NCBI GenBank assembly: GCA_030295235.1
Contig: AP026147.1
Span: forward strand, 1 to 64,000
DNA: 64,000 bases
Reading direction: 5' to 3'
Origin: Fistulifera solaris
Taxonomy: Eukaryota
The notes under the pieces are model-generated. The model was not told the DNA's origin and did no database searches. It saw only the letters and a list, made by a program, of their open reading frames with translations. Shown here in pieces: positions 1-11,920 of the stretch (position 1 is the first letter of the stretch; each line of letters starts with the position of its first letter). The position numbers and the translations under genes are program-made.

Positions 1-237
1 CCCTAACCCTAACCCTAACCCTAACCTCCTAACTCCTAACCCCAACCCCAACCCCAACCCTAACCCTAACCCTAACCCTAACCCTAACCCTAACCCTAAC
101 CCTAACCCTAACCCTAACCCTAACCCTAACCCTAACCCTAACCCTAACCCTAACCCTAACCCTAACCCTAACCCTAACCCTAACCCTAACCCTAACCCTA
201 ACCCTAACCCTAACCCTAACCCTAACCCTAACCCTAA
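1..237 (+). repeat. Telomeric repeat (CCCTAA)n, chromosome left end
   Basis: Tandem CCCTAA from base 1 to 237, with a few variant units (CCCCAA, CTCCTAA) at ~24-60. Confidence 0.99.
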
Positions 238-2050
238 GCCATCTGATTCAGATTTAGAGTTGTGGCCTGGTCTGTCGGCCGAATGATTAAATTGGATTCG
301 CGTTGAGCGCCGATGCTGGTAAATTTGTTCTTTCTTGGGATTTAGTCAAGTGTTCTTGGTTGGCAGCGCTGTCGTATGACTGTTGTGTTGTTATGATCAC
401 TGGTGCTGGGCTGTGGTGTTTTGTGTAACTGCTTGGAAGACGCTGTTGGAGGCGCTTCGCTTTTCTCTTCCACATCGCGGTGGTGTCTTAATATGTTTGC
501 CCGGTGATTTACCAACCAGGAAGTGAGGTGGTTGTTGTCCATTAGAAGTCTCTGCCGCAAGGGCCGAAAACGGGTATTTGATATCGCATTGTTCCTGGAG
601 GTCGATAGTGCAATGACTGTTTGTTTCAAGTGGTATCGCTCCGCTTGTTCTGCAGCTGTTTTCTTGGAAGTGTCGACTAGACTTGACCGTATTTTCCATG
701 CTTCGTTGGTCTCTATTATGATATACCTGCTGAGTTTCTTTGCCCATGTTCTACCGTTGTTTGAGTGAGTGAGTTCGCTCAAGGTTTTGAGATGGTTCGC
801 CACTTGTTCATCCCACTCCTGCGGGATCAGGCCTTTCATCCATAGGTCTACGCTTGTTGTTGTCCAGAGTCCCGCTGAACCAGTCCTTGATACTTTTTTT
901 GGATCTCTCTACTCAGCCTCGACTACGGTTGTTTTCTCCTCAGCATATCAAGTAATCCGTCTATGAAGCGATGTCTCCAGTCGCTAAGTGCTGGACACCG
1001 CAGAACATGGTCAAAACATTCGTTTTTTTGCCGGGCAGTGGGGGCAGCGGGGTGATGAGATTTCTTTGCATTTGTGTCGCCTCTCATTTGTTGGGATCCA
1101 ATTGCTGAGTCAAGCTTCGCCGCAAAAAGCTTTAAGCTTAAAGGGCAATTTCTGTCGAAGCTAGTCGGTATGCAGTCCAATGCAGTGCGTTGTACTCGCC
1201 TTTTGTAATGTTCAATTTTTCTCGAATATATTTCAGTCCTTTTTCTCTTCCTGCTTGAGCTTTGAGTTCGCTGGAGTACTGGCTAGTCAACAGTTCATTA
1301 TCAAGTAGTATGTACGCGAAGTCCCCAAGTGGTATCGGAACGGAGGTTATGGTTCGTTGCTGGAGCGCCATTGTTGCCAGTTTGTCAGCCCTCGACATTT
1401 AGTTGTGAGACCCAGGATAGGTTTTCGAGGGCGCTGTTGTCGCCTTGGTGTCCATGAACATGTTCGCGGCGTAATATTTGGTATGTTTCGGTATTGTTGT
1501 ATAGTCAGTTGAATCACGCCCATATCTGGATGGAGTTGGTCATGGGAATTCGGTATTTCGATCTGCTTGATGTACCTTTTCTTTCTTTAGAAGCGCTTCG
1601 TTATCACACGCAGTTTTCCAAAGAGTGCCGTCGCCGTATTTTAGTTGATAAAAATCGGTGTAGTGGCGAAGGAATGTGAATGCCGCTAATCTTCCTGTGA
1701 GGGCCTCGGGCGCGATACGATGTCATGGGTCGGCCTTGTGCCGCACCCCATCCACGCCACAAAATTTCAATGTCGCTTTGCGATTACCCATCCAAATCCG
1801 CCTTTCGGCTATGCACCCTCCATCCGAGACGATATATAGCTGACGCATCTTTGTCAAGAACTGCTTCGAATAGGGCCTCGCTTTCTGGAGACTCCTTTGT
1901 GTAACGTGAATAGGTCTTGCTCCCATTTTTCGAGTGATTTTGTATATTCTTTCCATGTTCGTAATAATCGCTTTCTCCGGTGGCTTTATTTTGTGTTGAG
2001 GGATCATGTAATCAAATCGCTCTTCTTGTCGAGGCTCCCGCGGGCACAAA
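238..2050 (-). mobile_element. Decayed, 5'-truncated non-LTR retrotransposon (RNase H, Cys/His knuckle and C-terminal region; resembles diatom Ambal-type elements)
   Basis: Minus-strand frames give RNase H motifs in order: LYIVSDGG, GGFGWVIA, PMTSYRA, HVHGHQ, RADKLA. These are followed by CPHC..E..DHVLRCP and LWMKGLIPQEW. Many stops and frameshifts; no RT domain seen. Confidence 0.75.
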
Positions 2051-2745
2051 TACCTCTGGCGCTGTGTCGCCTAAGTTCAGGTCAGGTTCGTTGCGATTCA
2101 ATCCGTTGTTTGAGTGATCAGGAAATGGATAACATGTCCATTGATTGCGGTTTCGTTCGTGATAGTTGTTGCTCAGTAATGTCGTGAAACTAAATTATTT
2201 CTGTTTTAAATGAGGGCTTCTTCGTTAGTCAACTAGATGTCGCTGCGCATTCGCTGGTCGTAGTCCCTGGCTTTGCTATTGAGTTTTCGACTTTCAATCT
2301 GCGATCTTTCAATAAAGTCGAATGGCGATTTTCCATCATCCAGTTCACTTACGCTGCTTTTGCTTTGCTTTCGAAGTAGTGGCCTACAGAACAACCTTCC
2401 CGCCAACGGTTTTATGTTTTGATCGTATGAAGAAATTCATTCTTGGGCTTAGTCATCAGCATAAATGAGTGTTCCTTACTAAGATAGCTAGTATAATGAA
2501 GGACAGTCACTGTCCCTTTTTATTGGCATTGCTTTGCTCATCGATTATTACTACGTTGTTATGTTGTGTTCCAATCGACCACCGACTTCACAAAAAAATG
2601 GAGATGTGTGCATGGTATTGATGTGTTCAGAAATCCGGCTGGCGCCGGCCAGCCGGCTGCTTTTATATGGGTGGCGGAAAGACCGTAGGTGCTTTTTAAC
2701 CTGCTCGTTCAGTAGACCTATCAGGCTATCAGGAGATTTTTTTTA

Positions 2746-2919
2746 TCTATCTATTTATAATAGCTGCTGTGTCCGCGGTGTGTGTCACGTAACGTGAACG
2801 CTGGTCCTGGGTGTCCGAATCACGGGTGTGACGCTATCCCCGGGGATCGAGCCCCCCGCTTGCGGGAAGGGCGAGAACGAAAAAAGTCACTGCGGGGCTA
2901 GACGCCGAAGGCGTGCTAG
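2746..2919 (+). mobile_element. Non-autonomous Helitron-like element (~174 bp)
   Basis: 5' A|TCTATCTATTTATA; 3' hairpin ACGCC-GAA-GGCGT then CTAG|T. The 3' ~80 bp are homologous to 38921-39010. Confidence 0.7.
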
Positions 2920-2968
2920 TTAAAATAAAAAATAAACTTTGTCCCTGCCCATCGGATTGTTTATTTCC

Positions 2969-4267
2969 CGGCACGGGCGTTGAATTATCCCCGAAAGGGA
3001 CTTGGCGCCAAGCACGCCGGTAACTTTAGAGTAGTAAATATCTACATTCCGGACAGGCGAAATAGCCGTTGCTCTATGTATGAAACTGGATCAGACCTGC
3101 GATAGTACATTTGAGTACCGTGAAAAGCGTTTAGACTCGTCCGATGTCTCAACGGCTCTGTTGTGGATTATCTGGTCGCTAAAAGCCTCAACCTGTTTTC
3201 CTGCAAGCAGACTGCACACTAACTTACAAACAGCAACACAAGAAACTTCTATGTGCACAATACCCTGGTAATTTACAATACATGTGCTACAAGAAATCCC
3301 CCAGCAAGTTATCGCGGACTCGCGATAAATATCCGAGCTCGCGATAATTATCGCGGATATTTATCGCTTATCCCGGATATTTATCCCCGACACGCGATAT
3401 TTCTTTTGAATTCCAAATTCCATGGTGGAACTTTTGCCTCTTGCCCTCGGGGAATTGAAACTCGGGCGCGACAGAACGCATTAGGGCTCTGTGAATACAA
3501 AGTTGCCTAGAAAAAACAAAAAACAAAGACGCTAATACTTATACGGAGTACATCCGATCAAGCACTTTCAAATCGCTCGCTCTTGTTCTTGTTATTCATC
3601 TGAAAAAGCTCCTACCGCCCAAGAAAAATCACCGGCAACAATCTTAGGCGCCTCGGTCAATCATTAGATATACTTTTGGCGCACAGACATGACAAGGTGA
3701 TGCTCGTGTTGCAGTTGTTATTGAGACGAAGTACCGAAGTACGCAGTCGTTTGATAACCTTATTGCAGAACGTTTAAGGTTGCGAGGGCCTTGATTGGCG
3801 ATGGAATTTTATGCAGCGTCAGACGGAATCTTACTTATCATCTCCGGGCGATAATTATCGCGGATAATTATCGCGTATCCGCGATAAATATCCCCGATCT
3901 GGGATAATTATCGCCAATTGGGGATTTTTAACGCCGCTGCCGAGAAACATCGCTTGAAAGACATTCATATTTTTCAGTTACGTCAAAGTGATCTATTCCT
4001 AAATTCTGAAAATCGCTAAAATACCAAAAATCGAAGCTCTTTGGGCCATTTTTACTAAATACTATTTATCAGACATACGTATAAGTCTTTTTCTTCCTAG
4101 ATGTTTTTCGTCTATTTGATTTGCGTCGTATCGGCTACCAAGAGCTACAGACTGTTGATAGTATTTTCCCCGTTGCTGTTCGCCAGATAAGGATGTAGTG
4201 TTGAAAGGTCAGTCCGACGACGGTGAATGCCGGATAATCGTCTTCGCGATAATTTAACGCCGTGCCC
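2969..4267. mobile_element. Nested remnants of hAT-like DNA transposon termini
   Basis: Inverted pair GGCACGGGCGTTGAATTATC (2969) and GATAATTTAACGCCGTGCC (~4248-4266). An inner terminus GGGGATTTTTAACGCCGCTG ends at 3939. GCGATAATTATCGC / GGATATTTATC motifs cluster at 3305-3390 and 3845-3915. No TSD found. Confidence 0.5.
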
Positions 4268-4540
4268 CGTATCCGTAATCCGTAATTATTTAAGTATAAT
4301 ACCAGTAAGACTCAATCACCTTTTTTGGTATGGGATAATGGCCAGTCAGAAATTTGAGATACTGCGTGTCAACGGAAAGTTTGAATTATTTATTTAGATG
4401 CACGCATAGGTGAGGTGAACGCACCCAACACTTCACACTTGCACCATTTTCGTTGTTAATATTCTAGTCGTTGCGTTGATCTTTCATGAAAATCCTATTT
4501 CAACAACAAGCCCTTGTTTTCAGACTACTATTTTGAAGCA

Positions 4541-5253
4541 ATGTGGAAACGTTATCTAATGTTGTCTGTTTTTTGTATTCATAGCTTGCTGGGGGAATCT
4601 CGGAGACGTGAAAGTATCGAATCAATATCGCCGGCAACAATAAACACTGAAGCGCGAGAATTATTCAGCTTTTTATCGTTGCTGTTCTCCGGTACGTCTC
4701 TTTTGAATATAAATTCAATAAGACTAACTTTTCACTTACCCCAGCGGTTTCTTCCTCTTCGCCCAATAACTTCATTTTGATGGACAGTGCAAGCGCCGTG
4801 TCCGAAACACGGACCATTGTCGCATCATTGTCATCACGAAGATGATCATCACGACAATTTTCCAGCGAGTAGCGAAAGTGACAATCAGCAAACTGAAGAC
4901 GACGACGCAACGGGAGGCGACGATTTTAACTGGAATGATGCGGATTCTAATGAATATGATTTCGGGCAATATTCGGAAGAAGTATCGACAGGATCGTCGA
5001 TCGGGCCGACAGATTCGGCGGATAATTTCTCACTTTGATGCTTTTAGCCGCGGGTGCGGCTGCCGTTGTAGCTTTTGCTACAGTTATGTTGGGATTGAGA
5101 ACACCACCAACAAAAGCACATCCGTTGTCGGGCTCGGTGGCACGACGCATGGAACTCTTTGGGAATTTTGCCGATGCTGCTTTATGCTCGACGGATCGTC
5201 CCGATCGTGTTGTCGAGATGACGGCTTCTACTGACGACTACCGTGTCGTATGA
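4541..5253 (+). pseudogene. Disrupted membrane-protein gene (acidic linker, TM helix, HPLSGSVARRMELF tail)
   Basis: Signal-like start at 4541, plausible intron 4692-4744 with a CTAAC branch site, acidic ORF 4787-5038, then a frameshifted TM and tail ORF 5035-5253. The frames do not join cleanly. Confidence 0.4.
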
Positions 5254-5430
5254 TAAGAAACACAGACCGATTGACCCGATCGTAATGTCAAATAAGTACT
5301 GACGACTACCATGTTGTATAGCGAAAGAAACAGCATTGCAGAAAAATAATTGTTTTGCTGCAGATGGGCGATGGGAATATATTGTATCAGTTTTAATTGA
5401 ATCTTGTTAATAGTTATTGTCTTAGACTTT

Positions 5431-6853
5431 TTATTGAATGGACACCTCATTATTTGACGGCGGCAGCGAAAGTATACGCAAACAGTGCTCATGATCCATT
5501 TTATGACCCCAACCACCAGATACTTGTTTCGGTCGAACGGTATGATTCACGCGGACGGGTCCATACACGGCCGTCGCATGAAACACCGATAACGGCGCAG
5601 TAGGTGTTCCCATCAGTATGTGTTCGTGCATACCTCTATCTAAACCAATGTGACGAACTTGACTACGACTGGGAAAGAGCATGACATGCGGCAAGCTCTC
5701 TTGCAGTGTCAACTGCACCAGGGTCCAATCCCAATTGGATTCGTCCATCGTGCAGTAATCTGGTGCAGCACGAACAATTGCTTGATAGATGTCACGATGC
5801 ATCGTCATGGGACCGGTTTGAAAAGCGTGTGCATAAAACAAATGATCGGGCAAAACAACGGGCTCTTCGGCTATGCCACCATTGGTCGGGTCCAGAGCGA
5901 CACCCAGAAACGGCGTTTCGACCGAGTATTCCTCAATGGCTTGCATTCCTTGTTGAATCGTTTCATAGACGGTCGGCGCCACAATGTAATCTTCCTCCAG
6001 GAAAAAGAAGGTATCGTATTTGTTGAGTGTCTCGCTGGTGAAAGTTTCTTGCAGCAACCACGTGAAATGATGCTTGCAGCATGTAATTTCCGCTGTACGT
6101 AGATTGCCGTATGAATCTCCAAGGTCCGGCGTCGTCACTTTCATCGGAAAATCGTTGGGATGATCGGCGCACGCGTACGGATGAATCCAAACTTGCAGCA
6201 ACGGGAACTCTGTTCGCAGGCTCTCCAAATATTGCAATACATCTTCAATGTGTCCATCCACCGAAACAATGAGCGGAACCGTCCGCCGTGGGAAATCCGA
6301 TTCCATTAACGAAGCGATTGATTGTTGTAAGTACTCCAGCCGATTGTAAGCCATTACTACAAAGGGTACCGGAACAGAAGACGCCATGTCAAAGGATTTC
6401 GAAATAGGCCGTTGTTTGTAGGGTAATGCCGGACGATGTGCCCGTATGAAATCCAATTGCTCTTGAATGGCTGTGCCATTTGTGATCGACAATGGTAAGA
6501 TACTGCTTTTCAGTTTGGATGGTGACTTTTTTGGTGGCGCTGGTTGCAGTTGAGGTGCCGTTGGTGACGTGAACTGTTTTGTGGTGGATGTCGTCGGCGA
6601 TGCAACACTCGATACAGGGGGGAGCATATAACCGAAGCTGTCTTGTCGTAGAGGACGATGGAACTGAGACCAGATACATTAGCAGTATTGAAAGACTTCC
6701 GAAAACAGAGAGTGAAACGGTCAGAATGTGGCCGTAGGTGATTCGCATTCTCGGTTTTTGAACTCGTTTTCGTCGCAACGTCGGATGGCTGTTACCGTTG
6801 TTGCCGTCTCCACTTTGTGAATGAGAGCAGCTGCGTCTCTTCGGGAAATCCAT
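5431..6853 (-). CDS. MGAT2: Alpha-1,6-mannosylglycoprotein beta-1,2-N-acetylglucosaminyltransferase (GnT-II, GT16)
   Basis: Motifs YGNLR..KHHFTW, FLEEDY, YCTMDESNWDWTL and GGWGHKMDHEHC. The type II TM N-terminus lies in ORF 6389-6880 and joins across a G6 run near 6620. Confidence 0.85.
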
Positions 6854-7276
6854 TTTGATAGTTGAATGAGTTCTTGTCAAAAGGCCGCTATCGTTGATTG
6901 GTTTAAGATTATCGAAACGACATGCGAAAGTATCGATTGATGGGTCGTTTTGGCAAAAATGATTTTGTTGTGCGCGAGTTTTGTGAGATCGCTCAAAACA
7001 TCGCGCGGACGTTTGCGAGAGGTTTTTGCTCTTAAGAAACTAATACCGTTCTCGAACTGTGTCTCCGTGTTGCTTAATGAGGGAAACTCTTCGTAGTACA
7101 TTTCATGTCACTCACGTAACTCACGTATTCACACGGTACTGAAATGTCCTCCTTATTTTTCCCCGTCGGTTTTCGTCACGGACCAAAAAATCACAAGACC
7201 GATGATCGACTTCAAACACAACAGCAACAGCCACTCAAAGAGTCGACCGCTAAACTAAGCATTTACTGTGCAAAAT

Positions 7277-9963
7277 ATGAGTGCCACAGACGATCCTTTG
7301 CAAGCCGCGCTGGATGAAGCGGCATCGTTAATGAACGAACTCGAGCAAGACGTCGTCGATGTATCGTTAACTGAAGAGAGTGCGGATTTGCATCCGTTGC
7401 ACGATCATTTCTTGTCGGCGCCCCCTCCTCCGCCAACTGTATCAAATACTTCTACAACAGAAGAAATCACTCCGGTCATGAGTCCTTCCCTGCCTCAAAA
7501 TCCTACTCAACAGATGCAACAACCGATTCTACCGCAGCCACCGCAGCAACAATCGTTACCGCCGCAGCAAATGCAATATATGCCTCAACAGCAGCACTTA
7601 CAATCGCAACGACCTTTACAGCCCGTGCAGTATCCTCCTGCTTCAACTCCTTCGACAGCTACAAGTACGGCCCAGCGCATCATTTCCGCCGATACGTGGA
7701 AGATGCAAACGCGTCAATTTGCTAGTAATATTGCGACTATGGCACAACGAGGACTTCAGCAGGTACAAGAGCATTCGAACTTCGTACCGACGCCTTCTGG
7801 ATTGCATGTTTCTTCGCCGTCACATCAGAATCATCCTGCGGCTACCATGATTACTCCTTTATCGCATATGACGAATAGCGGTACGAATAGTCATTTGATG
7901 AATCAACCCATGCTGATGACGCCCAATCGGACAGTTGCTCCCGAACCCACCCCAGTTAATCCGGAGCAACAACAGCTACTATTACAAACGCATGTGGGAG
8001 ATTTGATGCAAGGCGAAAAGATTATTCTGTTTGTTTCCAATTTACCACATGTGTCCGATTCAAGAGGTGTCGTTTCGTCGGGGGTCGCGTGGTGCGGTGT
8101 AGTCACCTATTACCGACTCTTATTGTTTCCACTCGCACCGGATGTGTCTCGATCTACATCGTCTGGCTTGCAGAGTTTGCATCCGTCGTGTCTGCCCGCT
8201 CTGACTCCGCCACGATCGGAATTATTACAATTGCCATTGACTTGCATTGAAAAGATTGAGAAATCTACCATGACGGCTCAACAGCAAATGCTCTTTCTTA
8301 CCGTCACTTCGAAATTGAGTGGTTATTGGATTCGACTGGCGTGTCCTACCTTTATGGAAACACAAAAGGTGGCCGAATCGTTGGAAACGTACGCTTTTCC
8401 GGGAAGACGAAATTTGGGATACCTGTTTGCGTTTGAATGCCAGCGGGAGGCTGTTATGCAGAGCCTCGTTCAAGATGAGCAAGGACAAAAGCGTGTGACT
8501 TTAGAACCAACACCCAAACGATTTGATGCCGTGGTAGAATATACACGTTTGTTGGGATCGTCGCTGCATGCGGCGTGGAAGATATGGACGCAATGCAATG
8601 CACAATACCAGCTTTGTCCTTCGTATCCCAATGTTGTGGTAGGGCCATCATCACTGGATGAATTGGATGTTATGGTACGACAGTGTGCGGCATTCCGAAG
8701 TGAATATCGGTGGCCGGCGTTGACCTGGGGAAATTCACGGGATGGTGCATCGATTTGGCGTTGTGCGCAACCAAAAATGGGGTTGCAAGGAAATCGCAGT
8801 TCCGCCGATGAGTATTTTTTGCAGCAAATAATGGAACAAGCGGGACGGATCAATCAACAAGCACCGTCATTGATTCAATGGTCGCGGACAGATTTGCAAG
8901 CTTTGACGGGATCGAGTGATCTTTCGAATTGGTACCCGGAGGGACAACTGAAGTTGCTTGATTTGCGCCCACGTGCTTCGGCCATGGCGAACCGAACGGC
9001 GGGATATGGGTACGAGAATACATCGTACTATCCCGGAACGACGTTGCAGTTCTGTAATATTGGAAACATCCATGCCGTTCGGGACGCGTATCAGAAGATA
9101 TCGGCAGTAGCTTTGCAAGCATCCGATTTGCAGTGGCAAAGTGCTATTGATGATTCCAAATGGTTGTCGTCCATACGTTTGATTTGGGCGGCCGCATGGG
9201 AAACTGCCTTTTGGGTTCATGTGCATCGCATGCCGGTCTTATTGCACTGCTCGCACGGTTGGGATCGCACTTCACAGGTGGCTGCGTTGGCACAATTATT
9301 GCTGGATGGTCATTATCGAACTCGAAAAGGATTCGCCACGCTTGTCGAGAAAGATTTTCACGCGTTTGGACATCCTTTTCACACGAGATGTGCGCACGGC
9401 GAGGGCGGGAATGAGCAGTCAGTTGACGAAGGTCAAGTGTCTCCCATCTTTTGCAGTTTTTGGATGGCGTTTACCAACTTGTACGCTTGTATCCCGATGC
9501 TTTTGAGTTTACCACGAAGTATTTGTTGGAGCTATCGAATCACATCTATTCATGTCGATTCGGAACATTTCTTTGTGACACGGAGCGAGAGCGAGAAGTT
9601 GCAGCCAATTTGCGACAACGGACACAAAGCGTGTGGGACGCTTTAGAAGCGCGTCCCGACCTGTGCAATGAGAAGTTCCAGGACAGCGATGGCGTTTTGT
9701 TGATACCACTTCCCTTATTGGTTCGTAGCATAACTTTATGGAACGATCGACACGCGTTACATGGCCCGAAACCGGTTCTGCGGGCTCTTCCTAACGAACT
9801 GGAGCAAGAAATGTGGCGGAGACTTTTATGCGGCGAAGCAGTGGAAGGACAGAAATTCCAGGAAGAAGACTCGCCGAAGAAAGTTGATTCAGCGGAGGAT
9901 GAAAAGGGAGGTCCCACTGATACCGCAATTTTGTCCGCAACTTCATTCACCATCGATGACTAG
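7277..9963 (+). CDS. Myotubularin-family phosphoinositide 3-phosphatase
   Basis: LCPSYP, FRS..RWPAL, NIHAVR, HCSHGWDRT, FGHPF and SPIF/QFLD..FEF..FGTFL. One frameshift at the T run near 9450. Q/P-rich N-terminus. Confidence 0.92.
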
Positions 9964-10042
9964 TTGCGTAACGATTGGTACATGACACACTCTTAACGTC
10001 GTATCCATAGACAGTTATAAATGATAAATTATCATGGCACGT

Positions 10043-11260
10043 TCAATGTTTGTGCGCTAGTTCTTGCTCGTCCCGAAACGCTTGTAAAATATAGCGCCCC
10101 GCTGATTGTGTTTCCTCCTGTTGATTTTTACAAGGATCCATCATCCAATCTTTCACGTAAGAAGAGAAATGTGGAAGTCTAACAATGTGACTCGATTCCG
10201 GTGCGGCTAGAAAGTAGTTACGAATCCATACCGACGAACTTCTCGCTAAGCGCATGAGTTCAAAGCGCACACGACGATGCTCACAAATATTTATTCGCGT
10301 TACGTCACTTGATGCGCTATTTGTCAACGATGAAGGTCGCTTTTGTTGATTGAGTATCGGAATCTTTGAAGACAACGGCGTCGATAAGCCGAGAAAATCA
10401 GTCAACGCCTGTGACACCAGCCCCGGATGATCCTCTAATTCCCTAATCTCATAAATGAAAATTGGATTGGAGACGCGTATTGTTGATTCTTCGATAGCGG
10501 TAGTAGTATTTGGTGGCTCTAAATGAGCCCCTCGATACATGCGTCGTTCGAATTCTGTCACAATGTGAGGCTGCTTCGTTTTTCCCAATTGCCGCAAAAA
10601 CAAGGCAAACTCTCCCTTGTATGTACAAGTATTCCGCGCCGAAGCCACACAGGCTCCAACCAATTCATCCGGAGGCGGCAAAGTAGTCCTCGAAAGAGGC
10701 GAACGTTGTTGTTGTAGCCGGAAATTGTACAAACTTGCAAACCAATAAACGGGATGTCGAACACCGACGATCAACTTGGCGTGAGGAAAATACTGAGTGA
10801 GATATTGTAAAACGTGCGGTAATGTCACGTCGACCGGTGATTTGTAGCCTTTGAGTTTATTGGAAGGCAACTGCGTGAGCTTTTCGATCAGTTGGTCGGG
10901 CTGATGATGCATGAGGTCAAAATTTTCGACAGGTAAAACGGCAATCTCGGGATGCGTTTGCAACCATTTCAAGACGGACGTCGTTCCGCATTTTCCGAAT
11001 CCTATAATAGCGAATTGTAGTAAATGATCCGTGTGATTGTTAAATGATTTGTTGATGATTTTGTTGTTTTGACGAGAAAGATATTTATCATGGGCTGGAG
11101 AATGCCGTTCACTCGACACACGATACAGGAAAAGGGAATTGAGAAAGAAGGACGAGAATAACAGACATGCGGTAAAGAGACTAAAAAGAACAGTCCTAGG
11201 AAGACGTTCGGGTCGTCGTCTTATTCTACTTGTTGTTTTCAATCGTTCACACAACATCAT
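10043..11260 (-). CDS. Type II membrane P-loop sulfotransferase
   Basis: TM helix, 5'-PSB motif IIGFGKCGTTS and 3'-PB region VGVRHPV.WF.SLYNFR. Confidence 0.85.
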   Translation of the reverse strand: MMLCERLKTTSRIRRRPERLPRTVLFSLFTACLLFSSFFLNSLFLYRVSSERHSPAHDKYLSRQNNKIINKSFNNHTDHLLQFAIIGFGKCGTTSVLKWLQTHPEIAVLPVENFDLMHHQPDQLIEKLTQLPSNKLKGYKSPVDVTLPHVLQYLTQYFPHAKLIVGVRHPVYWFASLYNFRLQQQRSPLSRTTLPPPDELVGACVASARNTCTYKGEFALFLRQLGKTKQPHIVTEFERRMYRGAHLEPPNTTTAIEESTIRVSNPIFIYEIRELEDHPGLVSQALTDFLGLSTPLSSKIPILNQQKRPSSLTNSASSDVTRINICEHRRVRFELMRLARSSSVWIRNYFLAAPESSHIVRLPHFSSYVKDWMMDPCKNQQEETQSAGRYILQAFRDEQELAHKH

Positions 11261-11689
11261 TCTTCTTGTTGCGTTATTATTGTTGCTGATCGATCATGAT
11301 TTTGGTTGTCGCATTTTTCATCGATCGTATCATCTCATCTCCATTATACAGGCTATAGTTTTTTTCCACCTACATTACATGCTACAATACATTTTCGACT
11401 TTGTCCTTCTGCGACTCGTACTTGTTTTCGCCTTCTGCAAAGTTTCCTTTGATCGATTATATCGACTATTATTACCGGTACTGTATGCGACCATTATTGA
11501 TTTCCTTTTGTCCGTACGTATTTCATTGTTGACGACTGAGATAATAATTTGCAAGCGCTATACTGCCCTTTCTTGCCGTCTTTTTCTGTTCAAAATTAAT
11601 TCGCTTCTCCGGAGTTCCGAGTGCGAGAAATGATCTTAGATATCTTTTGATGCGCTTGTGAGCGGAAGCCATCATTGATTTTTTGAGTT

Positions 11690-11920
11690 TGCGTCCAACT
11701 TTTACCAGGTTAGGAATGTTCGAGTAGGTGAATGTCCCGAGGTTGCGCCAATCGTTGACGATGATTGGGCTTACGACGAGCCAAATCCTTGTATCGGTTG
11801 GGAGAAAAATGTTCCGGCCTACGAGGACGCGTTCATTTTTAAATGGCAAGAACCCGCGTGCTATACGTTCACGTACTTTGATCCGGTGTATTATCGCCTA
11901 CGGTTGCTTGGTGTACCCTC
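11690..11920 (+). pseudogene. Fragment of a Cys-rich module gene
   Basis: Reads FYQVRNVRVGECPEV..NPCIGWEKNVPAYEDAF / KWQEPACYTFTY, matching the module junction of the downstream family. Frameshifted and truncated. Confidence 0.75.

Noticed and set aside
24..60. Variant telomere units
   Set aside because: At the extreme contig end, where low coverage and basecalling errors are expected.
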